Below are positions 24,749 through 34,309 of a DNA stretch of 64,000 nucleotides, in pieces. Under the pieces are notes generated by a model, which was not told the origin of the DNA, made no database searches, and worked only from the letters and a program-made list of their open reading frames with translations. The DNA is from an uncultured Eubacteriales bacterium (lineage in GTDB: Bacteria; Bacillota; Clostridia; Christensenellales; CAG-138). A program made the position numbers and the translations under genes. Position 1 is the first letter of the stretch. Each line of letters starts with the position of its first letter. The stretch covers positions 305,627 to 369,626 of the forward strand of contig CADCJW010000002.1 in NCBI GenBank assembly GCA_902801845.1, in the 5' to 3' direction.

Positions 24749-26476
24749 CTACCGCCGGACGATGCGATAGTACTCCCGGGCGGTGAGGCGGTAGATGCCG
24801 TAGTAGACCAGGGCGAAAATGAGCAGGGTGAGCCCGCTGCAGAGGACGAAAAGGCCCGTATTGGATAGACCGAAGAGGAGCAGGATCCTTCTCGTCATGG
24901 GGAAGGCCCCGGCGGTGTGACAGGCGGCGGCCAGGAGGGGCAGGAAGAAGACCAGGGAGATCTGGCTCCGGATGGAGGATTTCACCTCCGGTTCCGTCAT
25001 GCCCACCTGCTGCATGATGACGAAACTGCGGGCGTCCTCGTAGCCTTCGGAGATCTGCTTGTAGTAGACGATGAGCACGGCGGCCATGAGGAACAGGGCC
25101 CCCAGGAACAGGCCGATGAAGAAGAACCCGCCCAAGCTGGCCCAAAAGTCCGTTCGCCCGGTCCGGCAGTCGTCGGTGAAGCACCATTCGTTGGAAAGCT
25201 CCAGCTGGGAGGCGCCCACTTCCACGGCAGCGGAGAAGAGGCTGGCATCCGCGTCCGGGGCCAGGTTGCAGCCAACGTACACCCGCAGGGGCCCGTCATT
25301 TGGGTCCCCCACCACGTCCGCACCGTCCGCTTGCGCCAAGTAGGGGTCGATCCTGGTCCGGTTATTGGCATACGCCGTGGCCGGAGCGTAGAAGCAGAGG
25401 GCGGCAAAGTCCTTCATCTCCATGCCCAGCTCCGCGGCCTTGCGCTCGTAAAGAGCCTTGACCTTAGGAAGGTCCTCAGGGGCGCCGTGGTTCACATAGG
25501 TCTGCACATCCCGACAGTACATCTGATCCAGGATGTCGTTGACCCCCATGTAGAGGCACACCGTGGTGGACACGGTGATGAGCACCATGGTGGACAAAAT
25601 GCAGATGGTGGCGAGGCCCGCCGCGTTCCGCTTCATCCGATAGAGCATGCCGGAGATGGCGGTGAAATGCCGGGTCTGGTAATAGTACTTTTTGTTCTTC
25701 CTAAGGGCCTTCAACAGGGCGATGCTCCCGGCGGTGAACAAGCAGTAGGTGCCCACGATGACCAATATCACCGCCACGAAAAAGAGCGTCATGGCGGTGA
25801 TGGGGTCCGACACCGTCAGGGACAGGCCGTAGCCCGCGCCCAGGGTGATCAGGCCCACGACGGCCAGGACCCATTTCGTCTTTGGCTCCCGCTCCCCGGA
25901 CTCGCTGCCCTTCAAGAGCTCGATGGGCTTCACCCGGTTGAGGCGCAGCAGGTTCAGCAAGTAGTTCAGCAGGAAGATGGCCCCGAAGGCCGCCGCCGTG
26001 TAGGCCAAGGCCTCCGCCGGCACTTCAAAGCCGAAAACCACGTCCGCTTGGATCACCAGGCAAAGCAGGAGCAAAAAGAGCTTGGACAGGAGGATCCCCA
26101 CCAGGATGCCGCCCAGGATACAGATGAGGGCGGAATAGACCGTCTCCCACAGCAGGAACCGAGCCATATGCCGCTTCTCCATGCCCAGGATGTTATAGAG
26201 ACCCAGCTCCTTCTGCCGCCGTTTCATAAGGAAGCCGTTGGTGTAGCAGATGAGGGCGAAGGAGAAGATGGCCACCACCAACGCGCCAAAGCCCAGCAGC
26301 CCCTGGACCGCGTTGGCGCCCTTCATGGCGTAGACGCCCCGGTTCATGTTGAGGAACAGGATGTCGTAGAGCATGGCCGCCGAAACCACGCCGGAGAGAA
26401 GGTACGGCAGGTAGAACTTGCCGTTGAGCCGCAGGGACCGGGCGGCCAGCTTGGGATAGAAGCCGAACTTACGCAT
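24749..26476 (-). CDS. FtsX-family ABC permease (BceB-like)
   Basis: 575 aa polytopic protein with a large extracytoplasmic segment. It overlaps the upstream ATPase gene. Confidence 0.75.
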   Translation of the reverse strand: MRKFGFYPKLAARSLRLNGKFYLPYLLSGVVSAAMLYDILFLNMNRGVYAMKGANAVQGLLGFGALVVAIFSFALICYTNGFLMKRRQKELGLYNILGMEKRHMARFLLWETVYSALICILGGILVGILLSKLFLLLLCLVIQADVVFGFEVPAEALAYTAAAFGAIFLLNYLLNLLRLNRVKPIELLKGSESGEREPKTKWVLAVVGLITLGAGYGLSLTVSDPITAMTLFFVAVILVIVGTYCLFTAGSIALLKALRKNKKYYYQTRHFTAISGMLYRMKRNAAGLATICILSTMVLITVSTTVCLYMGVNDILDQMYCRDVQTYVNHGAPEDLPKVKALYERKAAELGMEMKDFAALCFYAPATAYANNRTRIDPYLAQADGADVVGDPNDGPLRVYVGCNLAPDADASLFSAAVEVGASQLELSNEWCFTDDCRTGRTDFWASLGGFFFIGLFLGALFLMAAVLIVYYKQISEGYEDARSFVIMQQVGMTEPEVKSSIRSQISLVFFLPLLAAACHTAGAFPMTRRILLLFGLSNTGLFVLCSGLTLLIFALVYYGIYRLTAREYYRIVRR

Positions 26477-27242
26477 GGCTCTTTTCCCCGCTTTCAGCGG
26501 TCATGACCGTCAGGGTTTTGGAGATCTCGGCGAACATCTCCTCCCGGGTCCGCTGGCCCCGGTAGAGCTGATGATAGATCATGCCGTCCCGAAGGAACAG
26601 GGTCCGCTTGGCGTGGCTGGCGGCGGTGACGCTGTGGGTGACCATGAGGATGGTCTGGCCCTGCCCGTTCAGGGCTTCGAAGTTTTGAAGGAGGCTGCCC
26701 GACGCCTTGGAATCGAGGGCGCCGGTGGGCTCGTCCGCCAGGAGGATCGCCGGCCGGGTGATGAGGGCCCGGGCTACGGCGGTGCGCTGCTTTTGGCCGC
26801 CGGAGAGCTCGTAGGGGAATTTGTTGAGCAGATCCCCGATGCCCAGCGCCTTTGCCAGGGGCTGGAGCCGGCGGTCCATCTCCTCGTACGCCTTGCCCGC
26901 CAGGACCAGGGGCAAAAAGATGTTGTCCCGGACGGTGAAGGCGTCCAGCAGATTGAAGTCCTGGAACACGAAACCCAGGTTGTCCCGGCGAAAGGCGGTG
27001 AGATCCCGCTCCCGGACGCCGGCCATGTCCTCCCCGTTCAGCAGCACCCGGCCGCCGGAGGGGCGATCGAGGGCCGCCAGTATGTTCAGCAAGGTGGTCT
27101 TGCCGGAGCCGCTTTCGCCCATGATGGCCACGAACTCCCCCGCCTCCACGGCAAAGGATACGTTCTTCAGCGCCTCCACCCCGGTCCCGCCCAGGCGGGT
27201 GGTGTAGACCTTCCTGAGATTTTTCACTTCCAACAGGGGCAT
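26469..27242 (-). CDS. ABC ATP-binding protein (BceA-like)
   Basis: Start at ATG 27242 (RBS GGAGGA). Walker [10 protein letters not shown], signature LSGGQKQR, Walker B ILLADEP. Confidence 0.85.
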   Translation of the reverse strand: MPLLEVKNLRKVYTTRLGGTGVEALKNVSFAVEAGEFVAIMGESGSGKTTLLNILAALDRPSGGRVLLNGEDMAGVRERDLTAFRRDNLGFVFQDFNLLDAFTVRDNIFLPLVLAGKAYEEMDRRLQPLAKALGIGDLLNKFPYELSGGQKQRTAVARALITRPAILLADEPTGALDSKASGSLLQNFEALNGQGQTILMVTHSVTAASHAKRTLFLRDGMIYHQLYRGQRTREEMFAEISKTLTVMTAESGEKSHA

Positions 27243-27324
27243 ATGTTTTTCCTCCGATCCCATTTGATGGGACAAGTATACCCCCTTGGATCGGGGGCTG
27301 CCATTCGTTCAGCTTACGAAAAGC

Positions 27325-27338
27325 TTACAGTTTTGTAA
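27325..27338 (-). promoter_or_regulatory. Candidate BceR-type operator upstream of the ABC genes
   Basis: Inverted repeat TTACA-N4-TGTAA about 45 nt upstream of a TATACT -10 with a poor -35. As I recall, this matches the TNACA-N4-TGTAA type site described for BceR-like regulators. Confidence 0.55.
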
Positions 27339-27387
27339 GACGGCAGATGTGCCATCATTTTCACGACTGTTCCCAGTATCCTCCCCT

Positions 27388-27441
27388 GTGCTTCTCTTTT
27401 TTGGCACTTTTTTCTCTTCACCGAAGAGAAAAAAGTGCACA
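27388..27441 (+). repeat. Intergenic hairpin repeat, copy 4 (forward)
   Basis: GTGCTTCTCTTTTTTG flank, then GCACTTTTTTCTCTTC-acc-GAAGAGAAAAAAGTGC. The outer stem base pairs differ from copies 2 and 3 but remain complementary. Confidence 0.9.
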
Positions 27442-27451
27442 GAAAAACACA

Positions 27452-28435
27452 TCATTCCATTACCCCATTCGGCCTGGACAAATCCAAAATGACCCGGGTG
27501 CCCTTGCCGACTTCGGACTCAGCGGTGATCCCGTGCCCCAAGAGGTCGCAGGTACGCTTGCAGAGGTACAACCCCAGGCCCGTGGCCCGCTCCAACCTCC
27601 GGCCGTTTTCGCCGGTAAAGCTCTTTTCAAAGATCCGCGGCAGCTCGCTTTCCGGGATGCCCATGCCCGTGTCCTCGATGACGAGCCGGTCCCCCTGGGC
27701 AAAGATGGATACGCCGCCCTGGTTGGTATACTTGAGGGCGTTGCCGAGGAGCTGGCCGATGACGAACCCCAGCCACTTCTCGTCCGTGAGCACGGTGCGC
27801 CCCGTGGGCGTGAAGGTCAGCGTCAGCTTCTTCAGGATGAACAGCCGGGCGTACTCCTTCACGGCGGCGCGGATGACGGCGTCGAGATCGCATGCTTTCA
27901 GCACCAGGTCCGTGCTCTCGCCGCCCAGCCGCTGGTAGGTGAGGACCAGGTCCACATACTTCTCCATGGCGAACAGCTCCCCCTTGAGGAGGGCCGGATC
28001 AGGCTCCCCGCTCTGCAGGAGCAGCCCCATGGCCGCCAGGGGCGTCTTGATCTGATGGACCCAGGCGGTATAGAAGGTCTCCGCCCTATCCCGCTCCGCC
28101 GCAGCCTCGGCCACAGTCCGCCGCCGGTCCTCCTCCAGGGCATTTAGCAGGGCCTGATAGTCCGCCTCCAAAGCGTCCTCCGCCTCCGGCAGGACCAAGG
28201 ATCCCTCGCCCATCAGCTCAAGGACCCGCTGCAGGGCCTTGTGCCGGCTCCGATACCGGCAAAAGCCCAGGACCAGGAATAGGGCCCCCACCGCCAGGCA
28301 CAACAAAAAAGCGTACCACAGCCCCTCCCGGGGGACGCGGTACAGGAACAGGACAGCCGCGGCCACGCCCCCGCATACAAGGAGCATCAGCAGCAGCCGG
28401 ATATGACGCTTCAGATAGGAAAGGAACAGCTTCAT
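27452..28435 (-). CDS. Intramembrane-sensing histidine kinase (BceS-like)
   Basis: Start at ATG 28435, overlapping the response regulator (RR) stop (ATGA). Two N-terminal TM helices with a minimal loop, H-box HQIKTPL, and an HATPase region (GNALKY, DTGMGI, GLGLYL). Confidence 0.8.
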   Translation of the reverse strand: MKLFLSYLKRHIRLLLMLLVCGGVAAAVLFLYRVPREGLWYAFLLCLAVGALFLVLGFCRYRSRHKALQRVLELMGEGSLVLPEAEDALEADYQALLNALEEDRRRTVAEAAAERDRAETFYTAWVHQIKTPLAAMGLLLQSGEPDPALLKGELFAMEKYVDLVLTYQRLGGESTDLVLKACDLDAVIRAAVKEYARLFILKKLTLTFTPTGRTVLTDEKWLGFVIGQLLGNALKYTNQGGVSIFAQGDRLVIEDTGMGIPESELPRIFEKSFTGENGRRLERATGLGLYLCKRTCDLLGHGITAESEVGKGTRVILDLSRPNGVME

Positions 28436-29109
28436 AGGGATTCGATCAAATACCCCTCCCCCTTGCGGGTACGGATGGCGTCCTCGAGGCCCACCTCCTC
28501 CAGCTTCTTGCGGAGCCGGTTCACGTTCACGCTGAGGGTGTTCTCGTCCACGAAGCTGTCCGTGGACCAAAGCCGCTCCATGAGGGCGTCCCGGCTCACG
28601 GTCCTGCCCTTGTTTTCAATGAGCATTTCCAATATGCGAAACTCGTTTCGCGTCAGCTCCAGGCGTACGTCCCCCTTCACGAACACGCCCTCGCCCAGCC
28701 GCAGGGCGCCGCCGCCCAGGGGCAGCTCGGTCTGCTCCCGGGAGAACTCGTAGGTCCGCCGAAGCATCGCCTGGACCTTGGCCGTGAGCACGGCAAGATC
28801 GAAGGGCTTGGGGATGAAGTCGTCCCCGCCCATGTGCATGGCCATGACGATGTTCATGTTGTCCGAGGCGGAGGACAAAAAGATCACCGGCACCCGGGAG
28901 CGCTTGCGGATCTCGCTGCACCAGTGGAAGCCGTTATAGAAGGGCAGGCCGATGTCCAACAGCACCAGCTGAGGGTCGAAGGCGATGAAGTCAGCCATGA
29001 CGTCAGAAAAATCCGCCGCGGCCTTCACCTGCCAGCCCCAGCTTTCAAGGTACCGCTGCACCGTTTGCGCGATGATCGGGTCGTCCTCGACCAGCAGTAT
29101 TCGATACAT
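28432..29109 (-). CDS. OmpR-family response regulator (BceR-like)
   Basis: Receiver domain (LLVEDD..., DIGLP) plus a winged-helix output (LTRNEFRILE..., RKKL). RBS GGAGGAG. Confidence 0.85.
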   Translation of the reverse strand: MYRILLVEDDPIIAQTVQRYLESWGWQVKAAADFSDVMADFIAFDPQLVLLDIGLPFYNGFHWCSEIRKRSRVPVIFLSSASDNMNIVMAMHMGGDDFIPKPFDLAVLTAKVQAMLRRTYEFSREQTELPLGGGALRLGEGVFVKGDVRLELTRNEFRILEMLIENKGRTVSRDALMERLWSTDSFVDENTLSVNVNRLRKKLEEVGLEDAIRTRKGEGYLIESL

Positions 29110-29137
29110 TCCGCCATCTCCTCCATGCGCCGATGGC

Positions 29138-29264
29138 GCAAATCATGGCGAAGCCAAATCATGCGCGAAGAGCAAATCATCCCAAATGATTTGGGCTGCG
29201 CCCATGATTTGAGGCCGTGACCGGCCTCATGATTTGCCGCCTCATACGGCGGCATGATTTGAGA
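29138..29264. repeat. Symmetric array of seven (C)ATGATTTG motifs
   Basis: CAAATCAT occurs at 29139, 29155 and 29173. A central palindrome CCCAAATGATTTGGG spans 29181-29195. ATGATTTG occurs at 29204, 29229 and 29254. GC-rich mini-hairpins sit between the right-hand copies. Confidence 0.8.
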
Positions 29265-29282
29265 ATTGTCCACCGGACAATC

Positions 29283-30620
29283 TCATTGTTCCTTCAGCAG
29301 GTTCATAAACCGGGTATACTCGCCCTGCCACGCCAGCTGCACCGTGCCCGTGGGGCCGTGGCGGTGCTTGGCGATGATGACATCGGAGGTGTTGTCCAAC
29401 GTGGAGTCGTAGACCTGGGGCCGATAGAGCAGCAACACCATATCCGCATCCTGCTCGATGGAGCCGCTCTCCCGCAGATCCGCGATCATGGGCGTATGAT
29501 CGGTCCGGGTCTCCGGGCCCCGGTTCAGCTGCGCCAGCAGGATGATGGGCACGTTCAGCTCCCGGGCCAAAAGCTTCATGGCCCGGGTCATGTCGGAGAT
29601 CTCCTGCTGCCGGGAATCGTTCTTCCGATTCCCCATGCCCGTGCCGCCCATGAGCTGCATATAGTCCACGATGACCAAATCCAGCCCCTCCCGGGCCTTC
29701 AGCCGCCGGCACTTGGAACGGATGGCGGCCACGGTGGCGTTGCCCCCGTCGTCGATATGTATCTTGCTGCGCTGCATGGGCTCCGCCGCCTCCATGAGCC
29801 GGCTGGTCTCGTCATCGGTGAGCAGCCCCTCCTTGATCCGCTGGGAGTCCACGGAGGCTTCCGTACAGAGCATGCGCATGACCAGCTGTTCCTTGCCCAT
29901 CTCCAGGGAGAAAAAGACTACGGACCGGCCGTCGTGAAGGGCGGCGTACTGGGCGATATTCAGCGCGAAGGCGGACTTGCCCATGGCGGGCCGGGCGGCC
30001 ACGATGATGAGGTCCGACTTCTGCAGGCCGTTGGTTATCCGATCCAGCTCCGTAAAGCCGGTGGCCACCCCGGTCAGCTTCCCCTGTCGGGCCATAAGGT
30101 CGCCGATCTCGGCGATGGCGTCGGGGACGATCTGGGCGATGGGCGTCAGGGAATCCTCGGTCTTGCGCATGGAGATATCGTAGATCCGCTTCTCCGCCTG
30201 ATTCAGGCTCTCCTCCACGTCCTTGTCGTCGTTCATGCCGTCCCGGATCATCTCGTTCCCGGCATGGACCAGGCTCCGCTGGACGCTGCGCTCCTCCACG
30301 ATCTTGGCGTAATAGCTCACGTTGGCCGCCGTGGGCACGAAGGCCATGAGCTCCGTCAGGTACACGGACCCGCCCACCATGTCCAAAAAACCTCGGCGCT
30401 CCAGCTCCTCGCTGAGGGTGATCAGGTCCACGGCCTGACCGGCCCCGCGGATGTTGGCCATGGCCTCGAAGATGCGCTGATGGGCGGCGCTGTAAAAGTC
30501 CTCGGCCCGCAGCTGCTCCAGCATCTGCTCCAAGGCTTCCTTTTCGAGGAGCATGCTCCCCAGCACGGACTTCTCCGCGTCCAGATTGTTGGGTAGGACC
30601 CGTTCCAAACGTTCTTCCAC
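29283..30620 (-). CDS. dnaB: Replicative DNA helicase DnaB (DnaC in Bacillus nomenclature)
   Basis: 445 aa, GTG start. Walker A ARPAMGKSAF, and conserved LSLEM and DYMQLM motifs. Confidence 0.9.
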   Translation of the reverse strand: MEERLERVLPNNLDAEKSVLGSMLLEKEALEQMLEQLRAEDFYSAAHQRIFEAMANIRGAGQAVDLITLSEELERRGFLDMVGGSVYLTELMAFVPTAANVSYYAKIVEERSVQRSLVHAGNEMIRDGMNDDKDVEESLNQAEKRIYDISMRKTEDSLTPIAQIVPDAIAEIGDLMARQGKLTGVATGFTELDRITNGLQKSDLIIVAARPAMGKSAFALNIAQYAALHDGRSVVFFSLEMGKEQLVMRMLCTEASVDSQRIKEGLLTDDETSRLMEAAEPMQRSKIHIDDGGNATVAAIRSKCRRLKAREGLDLVIVDYMQLMGGTGMGNRKNDSRQQEISDMTRAMKLLARELNVPIILLAQLNRGPETRTDHTPMIADLRESGSIEQDADMVLLLYRPQVYDSTLDNTSDVIIAKHRHGPTGTVQLAWQGEYTRFMNLLKEQ

Positions 30621-30621
30621 T

Positions 30622-31068
30622 TTATTTCTGTTCCTCGACGATCACCTTTAAATTGGCCTTGACCTCCTCGAACAGGGAGAGCTTGGCCACATACTCGCCG
30701 GTGGAGCGGACGGTGTCGATGCTGATCTTCTTCTTGTCCACCTCAAGGCCCAGCTGCTCCTGGATGGCGGCGGCCACTTCCTTGCCGGAGACGGTGCCGA
30801 ACATCTTGCCGTTCTCACCCACCCGCACGGGGACCTTCACCATGGCGTTATCCAGCTTTTTCGCCAGCTCCCGAGCCTTCACGCCCGCCTCGAACTTACG
30901 ATGCTGGGCGGCGCTCTTCTGGATGTTCATGGCATTCACCGCGGAGGCGTCCGCGGGAGAAGCCATCTTCCGGGGCAAAAGGAAGTTGCGGGCGTATCCG
31001 TCGGATACGTTCACCACTTCGCCCTTCTTGCCGGTGCCCTTCACGTCCTGTTCCAAAACCACTTTCAT
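30622..31068 (-). CDS. rplI: 50S ribosomal protein L9
   Basis: The MKVVLEQDVKGTGKKGEVVNVSDGYARNFLLP N-terminus is typical of L9. Start placed at ATG 31068 (RBS GGAGGGA). Confidence 0.9.
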   Translation of the reverse strand: MKVVLEQDVKGTGKKGEVVNVSDGYARNFLLPRKMASPADASAVNAMNIQKSAAQHRKFEAGVKARELAKKLDNAMVKVPVRVGENGKMFGTVSGKEVAAAIQEQLGLEVDKKKISIDTVRSTGEYVAKLSLFEEVKANLKVIVEEQK

Positions 31069-31070
31069 GT

Positions 31071-33035
31071 TCAATTCCCTCCTTGAGGATCGGTTTGTGT
31101 TTCTGTGCCTGCCGGCAGCTCCTGAGGCCGGACGAGGCTTCTAAGCAGCTCCGCCGCCTCCGCCAGGGTCTTCCCGTACACCTGGGCCCCGGCCATGGTC
31201 AAATGCCCGCCGCCGCCCAGCTGCTCCAAAATAAGCTGCACGTTGACGAGGCCATAGCTCCGGCCGGAGATGTTGATGAACTCACCCATGTCCGCCAAGG
31301 TGAAGGCAGCCTTCACGCCCTTCACCTTCAAAAGCTCGTCCGCCGCCCGGGCCGCGATGAGCTGTACGTCGTCGATGCCCCGCTCGCAGGAAGCGATGGC
31401 GATGCCGTCGGGACCCACGTCCGCGTTCTGCACGGTGCGGGCCACGTTGACGAAGCTTTCAAAATCGTTCTGGAACAGGGTCTTGACCAGGTTCAGGTCC
31501 GCCCCGTTCCGCCGCAAATACCCTGCCGCCTCGAAGGTGCGGCTGCCCACGTTGAAGACGAACTGCTTGGTGTCCAGCTCGATGCCCGCCAGGAGCGCGC
31601 TGCACACGAAGCTGTCCGGCCGCACGGACTCGTCGTAGTACTGGATGACCTCGGTGACCATCTCCGAAGCGGAGGAAGCCCGAGACTCCAGATAGTGCAG
31701 GGTGGGGTTGTCGATATAGTCCGCGCTGCGGCGATGATGGTCGATGATGACCAGCTTCTCCACCCGCTCCAACAAGGCCGGGCAGTCGGTGATCATGGGC
31801 CGCTGGGTGTCCACCACCACCACCACCGAGTTGGGCTTCACCATCTCGAGGGCCTGGGGCCCGGTGACGAGTATCCTCTCCGACAGCCCCATCCGATCCA
31901 TCTCCGCCAGGGCGTCCGCCGTGGCGTCGTTCCGCTCGCTGAGCACGATGAAGGGCCGCATGCGGGTGTGCTCCACACAGGTGGCCACGCCCAGAGCCGC
32001 CCCCAGGCAGTCCATGTCCGGGTTCTTGTGGCCCATGATGAACACGTCCCCGCCGCCCTCGATGAGCTGCCGCAGAGCCTTGGCGAACAAGCGCATCTTG
32101 ACCCGGCTCTGTCGCGCGTCCTGCTGCTTCTTGCCGCCGTAAAACCGATAATCCGCGCCCTCTCGGACCACGGCCTGATCGCCGCCGCGGCCCAGCGCCA
32201 GCTCCATGGCGGTGCGGGCGCCCTCCTCCGACTGGGCGATCCGGGGGGCCATGCCCACGGCCACGGACAGGGAGACCGTGGCGGTTGTGCCCGTGTCCAA
32301 ATGCCGGGCCTGCTCCAGCAGCTGGAACTTTTCTTTCTCCAGCTTGCCCACCTCGGAGGCCTCCAGCACGCACAGGAAGCGACCGTTCTCGTACCGGCAG
32401 TAGATGCCTCCGGTCCGGCGGCACAGCTCCGCCACCAACCGTTCCACCTCGGCAAGGACCGCCGTGCCGTGGAACTGCCGATCCCCGGCCAGCTCCTCAT
32501 AGTTGTCCATGTACACCAACATCACATAGGGCATCTGCTCGGTGTACAGCCGCTGATAGTGGGCGGCCTCGGTCCGGTCCAGCCAATACTGGAACAGAAG
32601 CTTCTTGCGGGTGTTGGGACGACGGACCGGCATGGTCATGACCTGAAAATTGGTGCCGGCCAGCAGGATCTGCTGGACCGTAGGCTGGCTGGGCTTGAAG
32701 TTGGGCAGCACCTCCAGCACGTTCTTCCCCTCGAAGACAGCCGCCAGAGCATCGTTGCGCCAGACGATCTTCCCGTTCAGATCCATGAGCAGCACGGGGA
32801 TATCCACCTTGCGGATCAGCTCTGAGGCGGCTGTGCCGTTATCCGCGAAGACGGTGTCCATGAGCCGCTGCTGCCGCCTGGCCACCCCCATCAGCAGGAG
32901 CGCCACCACCAGTGTCACAAAGATCGCCGCCCCCAAGCACACATAGCCCAGGGTCCGGTCGTTATAGAATACGGCTCCCGCCAGGGCCAACAGGGCCACC
33001 GGCAAAAAGATGAGAACGCCGCGATACCGTTTCAT
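31071..33035 (-). CDS. gdpP: GdpP/YybT-type DHH-DHHA1 phosphodiesterase (c-di-AMP phosphodiesterase family)
   Basis: 654 aa. Two N-terminal TM helices, a PAS-like and degenerate GGDEF-like middle region, a DHH motif region (GHKNPDMDCLGAA), and a C-terminal GGGGH. Conserved position between yybS and rplI. Confidence 0.8.
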   Translation of the reverse strand: MKRYRGVLIFLPVALLALAGAVFYNDRTLGYVCLGAAIFVTLVVALLLMGVARRQQRLMDTVFADNGTAASELIRKVDIPVLLMDLNGKIVWRNDALAAVFEGKNVLEVLPNFKPSQPTVQQILLAGTNFQVMTMPVRRPNTRKKLLFQYWLDRTEAAHYQRLYTEQMPYVMLVYMDNYEELAGDRQFHGTAVLAEVERLVAELCRRTGGIYCRYENGRFLCVLEASEVGKLEKEKFQLLEQARHLDTGTTATVSLSVAVGMAPRIAQSEEGARTAMELALGRGGDQAVVREGADYRFYGGKKQQDARQSRVKMRLFAKALRQLIEGGGDVFIMGHKNPDMDCLGAALGVATCVEHTRMRPFIVLSERNDATADALAEMDRMGLSERILVTGPQALEMVKPNSVVVVVDTQRPMITDCPALLERVEKLVIIDHHRRSADYIDNPTLHYLESRASSASEMVTEVIQYYDESVRPDSFVCSALLAGIELDTKQFVFNVGSRTFEAAGYLRRNGADLNLVKTLFQNDFESFVNVARTVQNADVGPDGIAIASCERGIDDVQLIAARAADELLKVKGVKAAFTLADMGEFINISGRSYGLVNVQLILEQLGGGGHLTMAGAQVYGKTLAEAAELLRSLVRPQELPAGTETQTDPQGGN

Positions 33036-33976
33036 CTTCTTTCCTTTCCGGCGCGGCGTCTGAAGAGGATGATCCCGAAGAATCCCAACAGCAGCAGCAC
33101 CATTTGCGCAAATTCAGGGACGAGCACCAGCAGCGCCCCCACGATGATCCCAAACGCCAGTTTCAGCCGATGGCCCGAAAGCCGACGTCCCAGCAACGAA
33201 TACAAAAAGTTGGCCCCCGTCATCATAAGGGGCATGGCCCACATCTCATAGAGCAGCAAGGACAGCCCGGACATCGTGGGGGAATCGGCGGACAGGGTGG
33301 CGAAGGTGGACACCAGGCTGGCCGCCCCCAGGGCCATGGCGTAGCCGTAGGGGGCCCGCCAGGTCCCAAAGGGCCCCAGGGGGCAGAGGGGCATGTCCTT
33401 TTTCTTTCCATTGAAAGCGTGCAGCAGCAGCACGTTCACCAGGGCATAGAGCCCGGAAAAGGCGAAGAAGCAGGCCACTATGAGCTCGTCGATCCGGCTC
33501 AGCAGCAGCCGGGCCGTGTCATAGAGGACCGTGCCCGCGAACAGCTCCGGCATGTCGGCAAAGTACGTCCGAATGGAGGCATAGGGGTCGCCGCTTTGCA
33601 GCAGGTCCGGCATGCAGAAGATGAGGAACAGGCCGAAGGTCAGCGCCACAGAAAGGAACAGGACGCTTTGGAAGTTCCCCATCCGCTCCTTCTGGCTCAG
33701 CCACAGCAAACACCCCGCCGGGGCCACCAGCCCCAGGATGCACAGGCAGTTCACCGTGTCGAAGCCCATGAAAAGCCCAAAGAGGAACACCAGCGCCCCG
33801 GCCGCCAGGAGCGTCGCCGGATGGACCCGGAAGGCCATGGCCGCCCAGATCGCCGGCACCGCCAGCATGGTCAGCACGAACAGAGGGTAAAAGTACGCGC
33901 TCACCCCGCCCAGCACTCCAAGGCCCAGCCACAGCAGCCACAGGGACCCATTCTGTTTTCCCCTGCTATTTTCCAT
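33032..33976 (-). CDS. yybS: YybS/DUF2232-family membrane protein
   Basis: 314-aa polytopic protein, 4-nt overlap with gdpP, conserved synteny. Confidence 0.7.
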   Translation of the reverse strand: MENSRGKQNGSLWLLWLGLGVLGGVSAYFYPLFVLTMLAVPAIWAAMAFRVHPATLLAAGALVFLFGLFMGFDTVNCLCILGLVAPAGCLLWLSQKERMGNFQSVLFLSVALTFGLFLIFCMPDLLQSGDPYASIRTYFADMPELFAGTVLYDTARLLLSRIDELIVACFFAFSGLYALVNVLLLHAFNGKKKDMPLCPLGPFGTWRAPYGYAMALGAASLVSTFATLSADSPTMSGLSLLLYEMWAMPLMMTGANFLYSLLGRRLSGHRLKLAFGIIVGALLVLVPEFAQMVLLLLGFFGIILFRRRAGKERR

Positions 33977-33982
33977 GATTAC

Positions 33983-34012
33983 ATTTTACATTTAATGGCG
34001 GCAAGTGTCAAT
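33983..34012 (-). promoter_or_regulatory. Promoter of the yybS operon, possibly producing a leaderless mRNA
   Basis: On the minus strand: TTGACA, 18-nt spacer, TAAAAT, then only 6 nt before the ATG. No Shine-Dalgarno sequence is visible. Confidence 0.45.
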
Positions 34013-34030
34013 GAAAAGAGCTGTTCCCTC

Positions 34031-34058
34031 TTGACATGAAAAAACACCATGGTATAAT
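34031..34058 (+). promoter_or_regulatory. thrS promoter
   Basis: TTGACA, 16-nt spacer, TATAAT. Confidence 0.65.
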
Positions 34059-34059
34059 G

Positions 34060-34281
34060 AATCCAATTTCGGGGATGACCCGGGAAGCAGTACCCTCAAA
34101 GGCTGTCCTTCCTCAGAGAGCGCGTTCACCGGCTGCAAGACGCGCGAAGGGCAGGAGGCGAAGACCGCCCGGCGACTCGAAGGGGACCGGCCCCATATCG
34201 CCGGATGCGAGTGATAAACTTGGGTGGAACCGCGCAAACCAAGCGCCCCAGTGTCCTTTCGGACATTGGGGCTTTTATTTT
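34060..34281 (+). promoter_or_regulatory. T-box leader (Thr specifier) with terminator
   Basis: An AGAGAG box, candidate specifier ACC at 34164-34166 followed by a purine, T-box sequence AAACTTGGGTGGAACCGCG (34216-34234), and terminator GCCCCAGTGTCC-tttc-GGACATTGGGGC plus TTTTATTTT (34245-34281). Confidence 0.85.
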
Positions 34282-34309
34282 ACCTTCGGAAGAAAGAGAG
34301 GAACCTACT

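Noticed and set aside
29201-29264. ATG-ATT-TGA (Met-Ile-stop) mini-ORFs created by the CATGATTTGA motifs
   Set aside because: They have no RBS and are only two codons long. Only some copies end in TGA. The motif symmetry points to a DNA-level element rather than translation.
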